Notes: a model not told the origin generated them from the letters alone. A stretch of DNA of 64,000 nt from Eledone cirrhosa (GCA_964016885.1 OZ024741.1:395374001-395438000); one strand, 5' to 3'; shown: positions 13,503 to 25,192, counted from the first letter of the stretch. Numbers and translations are program-made.

Positions 13503-16500
13503 AAATGACCATGCTGTAAAATGGAGGGGTAGAGAGGGCCCTTGAGTCTAGTAAGACATCCTCTCTAGTGCTGGTGGCACAAATAAAAGCACCCAGTCCA
13601 TGCTGTAAAGTGGCGCTGGTGTTAGGAAGGGCATCCAACCAGTGTATCAATGCCAAAAAGCTTATCAGCACAGCAACAAAACAGCATAGAAAAATATGAA
13701 GACGTCGCATCTCAGAGTTGCAACACTTAATGTTGGCACTCTCTGAGGTAGATCTGCTGAAATAGCGGAGATGCTGGAGAGAAGGCAGGTGGATGTGTGC
13801 TGCGTGCAAGAGGTGAGATGGAGAGGTGCCTCTGCGAGACTAGTCGTAGGCAAGCGTCTTAGCTATAAGCTATTCTGGGTAGGTAAGGATGATGGGTTAG
13901 GGGGAGTAGGCATTTTCCTGGCTGAGAAATGGATCAATAAGACAATAGAGGTTGTTCGAGTTAGTAATCGAATAATTAAGCTTAGATTAGTTGTAGGTAG
14001 GAGACTACTGACAATCATCTCGGTCTATGCTCCCCAAGCAGGCCTAGGCAAAGATGAGAAAGACTGCTTTTATGAGCAACTTTTGCAAACAACCACAATG
14101 ACAGAGGACGGAGACATCGTTATGCTAGCAGGAGACTTCAATGGTCATGTTGGACAGCTCCAGGATGGTTACACTGGGGTACATGGTGGGCACGGTTACG
14201 GTTCAAGAAATGAAGAAGGAGTGAGACTTCTTGAATTTTGTGATGCAAGTACATTGACTATTTGCAACACAAACTTCCAGAAACCTGCCAATCACCTAAT
14301 AATCTACAAATCTGGTGAGCACATAAGCCAGATTGACTTCCTGCTAGTTAGGTAGCGGGACAAGCAGATAGTGTCTAATACCAAGGCATACCCTGGGGAA
14401 GAATGTACCCCACAGCATAGGTTAGTTGTTAGTGATATCTCAGTAAGCAAGAGATGGAATGAGACATATAGGAAGGAGTGGAGAAGAAAGGTCTGGAAGC
14501 TAAAAGACCTTTCACTAAAATTCAAATTTAGGAAAGCCCTTCAAGATGTATATGACGAAAAAGAAGACGATTTAGAGACGTATGACATAGATAATAACTG
14601 GAAGTTCTTACGTGACAACTTGCTGAAGGCTACTGATGAAACCTGTGGCTGGAGCAGAGCTCCAACCAGACAGAGAGTGACCTGGTGGTGGAACAGCAGT
14701 GTAGATAAGGCTATTAGAGACAAAAGACTAGCATGGAAGGCTTGGAATAAGGGTGGGAGTAGGGAAGAATATACAGCCACTAAGAGAGAAGCTAGACGTC
14801 AGGTGTACTTAGCACGCACGGAGGCAGAGAGTAGGAGGTTTGCCAATGTTCTGCGACGGGAAGATCAGAGGCGTGCGGTGTTCCACATTGCAAGGCAGTG
14901 TGTCAATGCAAATCAGGATGTTGTTGGTGATAAATGTGTCTGGGATGATGCCGGTGTACTTAGTGTCACGAATGACCAGAAAAAGGAGGCCTGGAAATGT
15001 CATTATGAGAGACTGATGAATGTGGAGAACGAATGGGAGAGAGAGAAATTACCCTTGGTAGATCCGACAGAGGGACCAGCTATTGAGATTGACGAATATA
15101 GGGTCCAAGAGGCGATTAGGGAAATGAAAAATGGTAAGGCGGCCGGACCATCGGGAATAGTTGCTGAGATGCTGAAGGCATCAGGGGACGTAGGCACTAA
15201 ACTGGTTGCACGCATAATCAATCAGGCTATATATGGTGGTGTCATACCCAAAGACTGGTGCAGCAGTATTCTCATAAATTGCTACAAAGGTAAAGGGGAT
15301 GCTTTGGAGATGAGCAATTATAGGGGTATAAAACTGATAGATCAGGTTATGAAAGTGGCAGAAAGGGTTTTAGCACAACTAATTAGAGAAAGGGTCAAAC
15401 TAGATGAGATGTAGTTTGGTTTTGTGCCTGGGAAGAGTACAACAGATGCCCTCTTCTTGGTGAGACAAATGCAAGAGAGGTTCTTAGAGAAGAATAAGCC
15501 ACTATACTTAGCCTTTGTTGACCTAGAGAAGGCCTTTGATAGGGTACCCCGATCTGTCATCTGGTGGTCCCTAAGGAAGCTGGGTGTTGAGGAATGGCTT
15601 GTAAGGACAGTGCAAACTTTGTACAGAGGTACTCTCAGTAAAGTCAGGGTAGGAATGGAGTTTAGTGAGGAATTCCAGATACAAGTAGGAGTACATCAGG
15701 GTTCGGTCCTCAGCCCGCTCTTGTTCATTATAGTCCTCCAAGCCATAACAGAGGAGTTTAAGACTGGCTGTCCATGGGAACTTCTCTATGCTGACGATCT
15801 GGCTCTTATGGCAGAATCAGTAGAGGAGCTAGAGAATAAATTCCGGCTATGGAAACAGCAGTTGGAAGCAAGAGGACTGAGAGTAAATCTAGCTAAGACA
15901 AAATTGTTGATGAGTAGAAAAGAGGACAAAACCCTGATTCCGTCAGGGAAATGGCCATGTTCGATATGCAGAAAAGGAACTGGCATAAATTCTATAAAAT
16001 GCACACAATGTAGGTCCTGGGTACACAAGAGATGTAGCGGGATAGCAGGCAAACTAACAGGTAGGGAGAAATATGTATGCAGTAGATGTACAGGGAAATT
16101 AGACAGTAGAAGTCGCACTGATAGACACATTTTTCAAATGCGAGAGGCCGCTATAGAAGTGGTGGATAGCTTCCGGTACCTAGGAGATCAGATTAGCATG
16201 GGAGGAGGGTGTTCCGAGGCCATAGTATCTAGAATAAGGACGGGTTGGAAGAAGTTTAGGGAGCTGCTTCCTCTGTTGACGAAGAAGGGTTTCTCCCTGC
16301 GTATGAAAGGCCGGTTATATGATGCCTGTGTGAGGAGCGCGATGCTGCATGGTAGTGAGACATGGGCAGCTACCGCAGAAGATATGCGACGGCTGGAGAG
16401 AAATGAGGCAAGCATGCTCCGTTGGATGTGCAGTGTAAATGTGCGTGAACGACCCAGCATAAATGTGTTGAGAGAGAAACTGTGTCTGAGAGGGATAGAA

Positions 16501-16790
16501 TGTAGTGTACGGGAGAGGAGACTGAGGTGGTATGGACATGTGATGCGCATGGAGGATGACCGATGGGTGAAGAAGTGCCAGGAAATGCCAGTTGAAGGAA
16601 GACGTGGTAGAGGTAGACCACGAAAAACATGGGCGGAGGTGGTGAGAACAGACCTCAGATCATTGAAGCTCACGGTGGAGATGACGAGGGACCGTGACGA
16701 GTGGAGAGATGCTGTGCTGAATAAGACCCGTCCCACCCTTGCAAGCAGGGAAAAGCGGACGTAAAATGATGATGATGATGATGATGATGA

Positions 16791-16794
<4 letters not shown>
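13503..16794 (+). mobile_element. RTE family B, apparently full length (5'UTR + APE-RT ORF + (GAT)n tail)
   Basis: One frame from ATG 13696 (MKTSHLRVATLNVGTL) to TAA 16764, broken only by in-frame stops at ~13744, 14353 and 15412; no frameshift. Confidence 0.95.
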
Positions 16795-16858
<64 letters not shown>

Positions 16859-16990
16859 GTGAGGTTTTTTTTACAAAATGAAAAATAACCGAGGTGTCCT
16901 ACACGAGTGAAAGTATAAAGAAAAAGAGATGAAATCGAAAATGCAACTGGAGTCTTATTTTTTTTTTAAATATATATATTTATTTGGTTC

Positions 16991-17026
16991 TTTTACCGGT
17001 TTCGCAGTTCTTCTGCTTTTCAAAAG
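16991..17026 (-). ncRNA. Minimal hammerhead ribozyme, U3-A8 variant (left arm)
   Basis: Reverse complement reads CTT-TTGAAAA-GCAG AAGAA CTGC-GAAA-CCGG-TA-AAA. Confidence 0.6.
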
Positions 17027-17103
17027 GTGAGTTGAGATGGAGGGTCTGTGGTTTTTCTCACATCTGATGTGAGAAAAACCAAAGACCCTCCATCTCAACT
17101 CAC

Positions 17104-17139
17104 CTTTTGAAAAGCAGAAGAACTGCGAAACCGGTAAAG
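17104..17139 (+). ncRNA. Minimal hammerhead ribozyme, U3-A8 variant (right arm)
   Basis: CTT-TTGAAAA-GCAG AAGAA CTGC-GAAA-CCGG-TA-AAG. Confidence 0.65.
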
Positions 17140-17172
17140 AACCAAATAAATATATATAGTTTTTAAAAAAAT

Positions 17173-17943
17173 GTGACCATACCAACGTAGCCTTCTCTCG
17201 AGTAAAATAGATCTGATCTCTCTTATTTCTAATTTTTTCCTTAGTTCGCTTATGCTTTGCCGTTCACGTATGTTACTATTACACATCCAGTGGAGCATGC
17301 ATGCTTCGTTCCTCTCTAGTCTGCGTATATCCTCTGCACACAATGCCCAGGTCTCACTGCCATGCAACATTGCTGTTCGTATGCAGGCATCATACAACCT
17401 GCCTTTCATTTATAGGGAGAACCCTTTAGTGGCTAATAGTGGTATAAGCTCTCTGAACTTTTTCCATCCAGTTCTGACTCTAGCTACTGTACTTTCAGAG
17501 CACCCTCCCCTACTGCTGATTTTGTCACCCAGGTAACGGAAGCTGTCCACTATTTCTATAGAACCCTCTGCGCAATTGAAAGAGTTAGTATTTTGTGGGC
17601 ACTAGCTGCTACTTATTGCACCAGAGCACCGGCCACATGTAAAATCTATGTTCTTAGTTAGCTTACCTGTAATCCCACTACATCTTTTATGCACCCATAC
17701 TTTGCATTTGGGAAATAAAATGGAGTTTCTACCTACTCCTTTCCTACACACTGAGCATGGCCATTTCCCAGAAGGGACTGTCGCCTTATTTTCTTTCCTA
17801 CAAACTAGAACTTTAGTCTTAGGCAGGTTAATTTTAAGGCCTTTTGATTCTAGGCCATGCTTCCATGTTTGGAATTTCTTCTCTAGCTCGGCCATTGATT
17901 CAGCTATGAGCGTTAGATCATTTGCGTATAGGAGTTCCCATGG
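17173..17943 (-). mobile_element. RTE family A internal fragment
   Basis: ORFs 17602-17895 and 17095-17409 match the family A RT C-terminal half. Confidence 0.92.
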
Positions 17944-17945
<2 letters not shown>

Positions 17946-17992
<47 letters not shown>

Positions 17993-18151
17993 TATGTATA
18001 TATATATATATATACATATATATGTATATATATATGAATAAAGTTAGTCCTTCATCAGTGATGTTCCAGCCTTCATTGGTATTTCATCGCTTTAAAGACC
18101 ATATACCTCCGGTTGGTGCGAGCAACGGCTAAAAAAAGTCGTTGGGACATG

Positions 18152-18215
<64 letters not shown>

Positions 18216-18672
18216 TGTATATATATATATATGTACATATATATGTATATATATATATATATATGCACATATATATGTATATATATGCACATATATATGT
18301 ATATATATATATATACATATATATGTATATATATATATATACATATATATGTATATATATATATATACATATATATGTATATATATATATATACATATAT
18401 ATATGTATATATATGCACATATATATGTATATATATATATATACATATATATGTATATATATATATATACATATATATGTATATATATATATATACATAT
18501 ATATGTATATATATATATATACATATATATGTATATATATATATATATATATATACATATATATGTATATATATATATATACATATATATGTATATATAT
18601 ATATATACATATATATATGTGTGTGTGTGTGTATATATATATATATGTGTGTGTGTATATATATGTGTGTGT
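17946..18672. repeat. (TA)n arrays with a 115-bp unique island (18036-18152)
   Basis: Direct reading; the island has a lone CTGATGA on the minus strand. Confidence 0.9.
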
Positions 18673-19540
18673 ATTTACCTGGAGGGAAATTAGCTAACCA
18701 GTGTAGAAAGGCCCTGAGAAAGACCCACTTAAAGATTAAGGTGGTAGAAAAGCCAGGAACCACTATAAAATCCCTGATCAGCAAAACCTACCCTTTTAAG
18801 AAAACCCACTGTACTAATAGGAAATGTATCATATGTAAGGTAAACCCCCGGATAAACTGTAAAACTAGAAACGTAGTTTATAAAACAAGATGTACAGAGG
18901 GTACTGGCAGAAATATGACAACAACATACATAGGCGAGACAGCTCGTAGCATAGGTGAGAGGATAGACCAACACTGGGGGGAACGAAAAGGACCAAAAAA
19001 CGGTTCAGTACTATACGAACATGTCAGACAACAACACGACGGTAACATAGACAACATAGAAATTAGAATAATATCTAAACATTGAAATGACCCAGCAGAT
19101 AGAACTTAGAAGGCCAAGGCTAAACACAAAGAATGAATGGAATTACAACAACACCCAAACAAACAACACTGACCTAAGAGAAGTATAAATAAATAAATAG
19201 ATAAATAAATAAAAAATACATACACAAGCACAATAACAACAAACACATATAAACACACACTACTAAAGATAGTCACCCAATCACGAACACACATCAAACA
19301 AAACACTATACACACACGCAAAGACAAAATAAAATAAACTAATAAATAAATATATAAACAGACTAAATAAAGATGGCGTAGAAAATACAATGCAACGGGA
19401 GGAAACAATAGCACCACTGACGATGTTGCAGATGTGCAACGAAAGAAATTTGATAAACTGTATATATGTGTTTGTGTCTATATTGTATCTGTATTATTTT
19501 TGACCGTTGGTCAGTCAATTTCAAAATTGAGGACCGAATA
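18673..19540 (+). mobile_element. Penelope-like element remnant: linker + GIY-YIG endonuclease + 3' region
   Basis: Translation CTNRKCIIC...[13 protein letters not shown]...[16 protein letters not shown]...[11 protein letters not shown]; hammerhead core at 19417-19444. Confidence 0.88.
19411..19450 (+). ncRNA. Hammerhead core, stems I/III degenerate
   Basis: CTGACGA-T-GTTGCA GATG TGCAAC-GAAA downstream of the GIY-YIG ORF. Confidence 0.5.
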
Positions 19541-19658
19541 AATTAGATTACCGATATAAAAGACACAGAAGCGAAAAGCGAAAACCAACCAAACAGTGAG
19601 TGTGTTCTGTTATTAATTCTGGCAATATTACACAAATATGACCCTCCCCAAATATAAC

Positions 19659-19690
<32 letters not shown>

Positions 19691-19856
19691 TATACATATA
19701 TGTATATATATGTATACATATATGTATATAATATATATATAAATCTCTCTCTATATATATATATAGACAATGAAAAATTGAACAGGAACAAAACAGAGAG
19801 GCAGTACAACGAATTTTTATTAATTTCACGCTCTTGAGAGTGGGGTGGTGGTGGGG

Positions 19857-19890
19857 AACGACGTTTCGGGCATAAGCCCTTCTTCAGGTG
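19857..19890 (-). ncRNA. Minimal hammerhead ribozyme motif (Penelope type)
   Basis: CAC-CTGAAGA-A-GGGC TTAT GCCC-GAAA-CG-TC-GT; palindromic ACGT stem III; GUC site. Confidence 0.7.
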
Positions 19891-19977
19891 AAAAGTGTGT
19901 GGAAAGAGAGTTCAAAGGGTGTATAGGGGAGTGGTGGAGAGACATATAGCAAAAGAGGGTGAGAAGAAAGGTGCAAA

Positions 19978-20036
<59 letters not shown>

Positions 20037-20043
20037 CCATTGG

Positions 20044-20077
<34 letters not shown>

Positions 20078-20084
20078 CCATTGG

Positions 20085-20118
<34 letters not shown>

Positions 20119-20154
20119 CCATTGGATTATATATATATATATATATATATATAT

Positions 20155-23100
20155 AATCCAAAACTTCAGAGTTGGTACCATGAATGTAGGCACCTTAAAG
20201 GGTCGCTCTAACGAGGTTGTAGAAATGCTTGAACGTAAGGAGGTCGATGTTTGTTGTATTCAAGAGACCAGGTGGAGGGGAGGGTCGGCTAGATTCATCG
20301 TGGGTAAAGAACGATGCTATAAGCTTTTCTGGGTGGGAAATGACAATGGGTTGGGTGGGGTAGGAATCATGGTAGCAGAAAAGTGGGCAGATAAGATAAT
20401 AGACGTAAATAGAGTGAACGACAGAATAATTAAAATAAGACTTGTCCTCAATAAAACTACGGTGACAGTAATATCTGCGTACGCACCCCAATCCGGACTG
20501 CCCCGCGCTATAAAAGACAGATTCTACGAGACACTGATGCTCGCTACCTCCCAAATAACCGACAGTGACTATATAGTTATTGCAGGCGACCTAAATGGTC
20601 ACGTTGGACAACATTGTGACGGCTATGACGGAATCCATGGAGGCTATGGGTTCGGTACTAGAAATGAGGAAGGCTCCAGAATCCTGGAATTCTGCGACGC
20701 AAATAACTTAACTATCTGTAACACTAACTTCAAAAAACGAGACAATCACTTGATCACCTATAGATCGGGGGAACACACAAGCCAGGTAGATTATATCCTT
20801 ACCAGAAGACGTGACAGAGTGTCTGTTGTTAACACTAAATCCCACCCCCATGAAGAATTCACCTCCCAACATAGACTGATAATTAGCGACCTCATAGTCA
20901 GGACGAGACGTACTAGACAGCGGAAGAGGACTATCCTCAGGAGAAAAATATGGAAGCTAAAGGACCCCATTGCCAGAAATAAATTTCAAAGCAAATTACT
21001 TGACGCTTTCGACAGTAAGGAAGAGCAATTAGAGTCGTATAATATAGAGGAACAGTGGGAATTCCTGAGAGCAAACCTGCTGACAGCGGCAGACGAAGTC
21101 TGTGGCTGGAGCAGGCCTGTAGGTAGGAGGAGAGTAACATGGTGGTGGAACAGTAAGGTGGAGGAGTCAATTAAGGCCAAAAAGCAGGCTTGGAAAGTAT
21201 GGCGGGATGGGGGAAGTAGAGAAGACTATCAAGTGGCCAGGAGGGAAGCTAGGAGACAAGTGTACTTCGCAAGAAGGGAAGCAGAGGAAAGAAAGTTCAA
21301 GCATGTTCTACAACGTGAGGACCAAAAACGTGAGGTGTTCAGGATTGCCAGGCAATGTGTCAAGGAAAACCGTGATATTGTCGGGGAGAAGTGTGAGAAG
21401 TAAGTGTGAGAAGTAAGTGTGAGAAGTGTGAGAAGTAAGTGTGAGAAGTGTGAGAAGTAAGAAGGTAGCTTGGAAGTGTCACTACGAAAGGCTTCTAAAT
21501 GAGGAGAACAAATGGGAGAAAGACAGTCTCCCCCAGATCGATCCAATAGAGGGACCAGCAGTGTTAGTTGAAGGTAGTATAATAAGTAAGGCAATCAAAG
21601 ATATGAAGACGGGTAAGGCGGCTGGGCCTTCGGAAATAGTTGCTGAGATGCTGAAGGCATCTGGTTCGGTGGGACACACCATGGTCACCCGGATAGTTAA
21701 CCAAGTCGTACAGAATGGGGTTGTTCCGAAGGAATGGCGTAGCAGCATCATCGTTAACTGCTATAAGGGAAAAGGAGATGCCCTAGATAGGAGTAACTAT
21801 AGAGGCATTAAATTAATCGACCAGGTCATGAAGGTCACGGAAAAAGTAATAGCGCAACTAATCAGAGAGAGAATTGATCTAGATGAAATGCAGTTCGGGT
21901 TTGTGTCAGGCAAAAGTACCACAGACGCTCTTTTCATTGTACGACAACTACAGGAGAAGTACCTAGCTAAAAGTAAACCCCTATACTTAGCTTTTGTCGA
22001 CTTGGAGAAAGCCTTCGACAGAGTCCCCCGTTCCATTATCTGGTGGTCTCTTAGAAAACTAGGTGTTGACGAATGGCTTGTGAGAGCTATACAAGCCATG
22101 TATAAAGAAACAGTCAGTAAGGTTAGAATTAACAACGAATATAGTGAAGAGTTTAGCGTAAAAGTTGGTGTCCATCAGGGCTCTGTACTTAGCCCCCTAC
22201 TATTTATTATTGCCCTTCAGGCTATAACAGAGGAGTTCAAGACCGGCTGCCCATGGGAACTCCTATACGCAGATGATCTAACGCTCATAGCTGAATCAAT
22301 GACCTAACTAGAGAAGAAATTCCAAACATGGAAGCACGGCCTAGAATCAAAGGGCCTTAAAATTAACCTGGCTAAGACTAAAGTTCTAGTTTGTAGGAAA
22401 GAAAATAAGGCGGCGGTCCCATCGGGGAAATGGCCATGCTCAGTGTGTAGGAAAGGCGTAGGTAGAAACTCCATTTTATGTCCCAAATGCAAAGTATGGG
22501 TGCATAAAAGATGTAGTGGGATCACAGGTAAGCTAACTAAGAACATAGATTTTACATGTGGCCGGTGCTCTGGTGCAATAAGTAGCAGCAAGTGCCCACA
22601 AAATACTAGCTCCTTCAACTGCGCAGAGGGTTCTATAGAAATAGTGGACAGCTTCCGTTATCTGGGTGACAAAATCAGCAGTGGGGGAGGGTGCTCTGAA
22701 AGTACAGTAGCTAGAGTCAGAACTGGATGGAAAAAGTTTAGAGAGCTTATACCACTATTAGCCGCTAGAGGGTTCTCCCTAAAAATGAAAGGCAGGTTAT
22801 ACGATGCCTGCATACGAACAGCAATGCTGCATGGCAGTGAGACCTGGGCATTGTGTGCAGAGGATATACGCAGACTAGAGAGGAACGAAGCTTGCATGCT
22901 CCGCTGGATGTGCAATAGTAATATACGTGAACGGCAAAGCATAAACGAACTAAGGAAAAAATTAGAAATAAGAGGGATCAGATGTTGTTTACTCGAGAGA
23001 AGGCTACGTTGGTACGGTCACGTGATGCGCATGAAAGACGACAGCTGTATAACAAAGTGCAGGGCAATAAAGATAGACGGTAGCCACGGAGTAGGCAGAC

Positions 23101-23725
23101 GCAGAAAAACATGGGACGAGCTGATAAATTCCGACCTCACACGCTTACACCTCTCCAAGACAATGTCACTGGACCGAGACCTTTGGCGGTACTCAGTAAT
23201 AGAGAAGACCCGCCTTACCTAAATACAAAGTAAAAACCTACTACAGTCAGTAGGCATCTCTATCAAAACACACCCCCGTCCCACCACCTCCACCCCACCC
23301 ACACCGCCCCTTTCAATGTAAAGTTATGTTGGTCCCACAACATCCAGGCCGAAACAAATGAGATCGTGTAGGTGTCACGACAAAAAACACACAGTCCACG
23401 CTGTAAATGTGGCCGTGTAGGCAACACGGTAAAAACCTCCCAGCCCCACACTGTAAATGTGGTTGGTGTTAGGAAGGGCATCCAGCTGTAGAAAACCCGC
23501 CAGACAGTCCACGCTGTAATGTGGCCGTGTAGGCAACACGGTAAAAACCTCCCAGCCCCACACTGTAAATGTGGTTGGTGTTAGGAAGGGCATCCAACTG
23601 TAGAAAACCCGCCAGACAGTCCTATGCGAGCAAGACAACCACTCTTGCCTCAAGTGGGAAAACCCCCGTCCAAACCCATGCAAGCGTGGAACACGGACGC
23701 TAAACCTGATGATGATGATGATGAT
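20155..23725 (+). mobile_element. RTE family A, near full-length coding region
   Basis: APE (FRVGTMNVGTL) to 21403, RT 21460-23222 with a stop at 22305; 3'UTR has a ~113-bp tandem duplication; (GAT)n tail. Confidence 0.95.
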
Positions 23726-23775
<50 letters not shown>

Positions 23776-23776
<1 letters not shown>

Positions 23777-24201
23777 TGGAGGCACATGGCTTAGTGGTTA
23801 GAGCATTGGCCTTGCAACCGAAAGGTTGTGAGTTCAATTCTCAGACCGGGTGATGTGTGTGTTGTTTCCTTGAGCAAGACACTTTATTTCACATTGCTCC
23901 AGTTTACTCAGCTGTAGAAATGAGATGATAGGGACTGGGGTCCATATCATTCCACTGCAAAGTGGTCGTGGATGTGCCATCGCAAAAGAAGCACCCAGCC
24001 CTGACTGTAAATGAGGTTGGTGTGAGGAAGGGCATCCAGCTGTAGAAATCAAGCCAGAATCAGTTCCCGTATGAGCCGACCAGATACTGCCCACCAGATA
24101 CTGCCCACAAGGTGAGCCGACCAGATACTGCCCACAACAGGACAACCCGTCTAACCCATGCTAGCGTGGAAGAACGGACTTAAAACGGTGATGATGATGA
24201 T
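23776..24201 (+). mobile_element. tRNA-derived SINE family 1 (CORE-like body, RTE-type tail)
   Basis: A box TGGCTTAGTGG, B box GAGTTCAATTC, GTTTCCTTGAGCAAGACACTT segment, tail CCCGTCTAACCCATGCTAGCGTGGAA...(GAT)n; inserted in a TA tract. Confidence 0.88.
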
Positions 24202-24349
24202 ATATATATATATTTGTAGGTAGGAGGTGAGTTTTGTTGTAGTACAATAAAGCAATGCAGATATCAGATAAGAAGCACTCTACAGTTTGTAGGACTGGAG
24301 TATAAATAATATATAAGGTCAAAAGATGGTTAAAAGAGTTCCATGTATT

Positions 24350-24412
24350 TTATTATGGGCATTTCAAAAACAAATATCATCATGCAATAACATTTGTGTT
24401 TTCGTCAGATAA
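24350..24412 (-). ncRNA. Hammerhead ribozyme motif (left arm)
   Basis: TTAT-CTGACGA-stem II-GAAA-TGCCCA-TA-ATAA on the minus strand. Confidence 0.55.
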
Positions 24413-24511
24413 AATAGGGAGACATGATATGAAGGTTAAAACACACTTGTGAATAGTGCAGTTTTAAATCAACATATGTTGATTTAAAACTTCATATCAT
24501 GTCTCCCTATA

Positions 24512-24574
24512 TTATCTGACGAAAACGCAAATGTTATTGCATGATGATATTTGTTTTTGAAATGCGCATAATAA
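24512..24574 (+). ncRNA. Hammerhead ribozyme motif (right arm)
   Basis: TTAT-CTGACGA(24516-22)-AAACGCAAATGTTAT...ATGATATTTGTTTTT-GAAA(24559-62)-TGCGCA-TA-ATAA; palindromic ATGCGCAT stem III; AUA site. Confidence 0.68.
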
Positions 24575-24609
24575 AATACATGGAACACTTTTAACCATCT
24601 TTTGATCTG

Positions 24610-24620
<11 letters not shown>

Positions 24621-24647
<27 letters not shown>

Positions 24648-24793
24648 TATATACATATATATATATATACATATACATATATATATGCATATATATATAC
24701 ACATATATTTGTATATGTATATATACATATATATATATGCATATATATATACACATATATTTGTATATGTATATATACATATATAGGTATATG

Positions 24794-24824
<31 letters not shown>

Positions 24825-24831
24825 GCATATG

Positions 24832-24862
<31 letters not shown>

Positions 24863-24997
24863 GCATATGTATATATATATATTTGTATATGTATATATAC
24901 ATATATAGGTATATGTATATATATGTACATGTATATATATATAAATATATATACACACATTTGCATACATATATGTATACATATATACATATATATG

Positions 24998-25030
<33 letters not shown>

Positions 25031-25192
25031 CATAATCATCATCATGATTTTACATCAGCTCTTCCCTGCTTGCAAGGGTGGGACGGGTCTTATTCAGCAC
25101 AGCATCTCTCCACTTGTCTCAGTCCTTGTATATATATGTATATTTATATATATATCTACATATATACATATATATATATATATATATACATG

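Larger units (their letters stand above)
16852..17171. mobile_element. Head-to-head inverted Penelope-like pseudo-LTR pair (~210-bp palindrome centred on 17065)
   Basis: Arms ~16960-17064 and 17066-17171 are reverse complements; same sequence as the 3' end of the GIY-YIG remnant at ~34420-34560. Confidence 0.8.
24305..24620. repeat. Inverted repeat with ~135-bp arms, each carrying a hammerhead; perfect 30-bp central palindrome 24461-24490
   Basis: 24305-24440 is the reverse complement of ~24485-24620 with a few mismatches. Confidence 0.9.

Noticed and set aside
21391-21460. CRISPR-like or telomeric array
   Set aside because: No unique spacers, eukaryotic context, and units derive from adjacent LINE sequence
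23778-23850. tRNA gene-like sequence (also 30403, 31200, 35302)
   Set aside because: Anticodon and acceptor stems do not pair properly and the sequence continues into a SINE body
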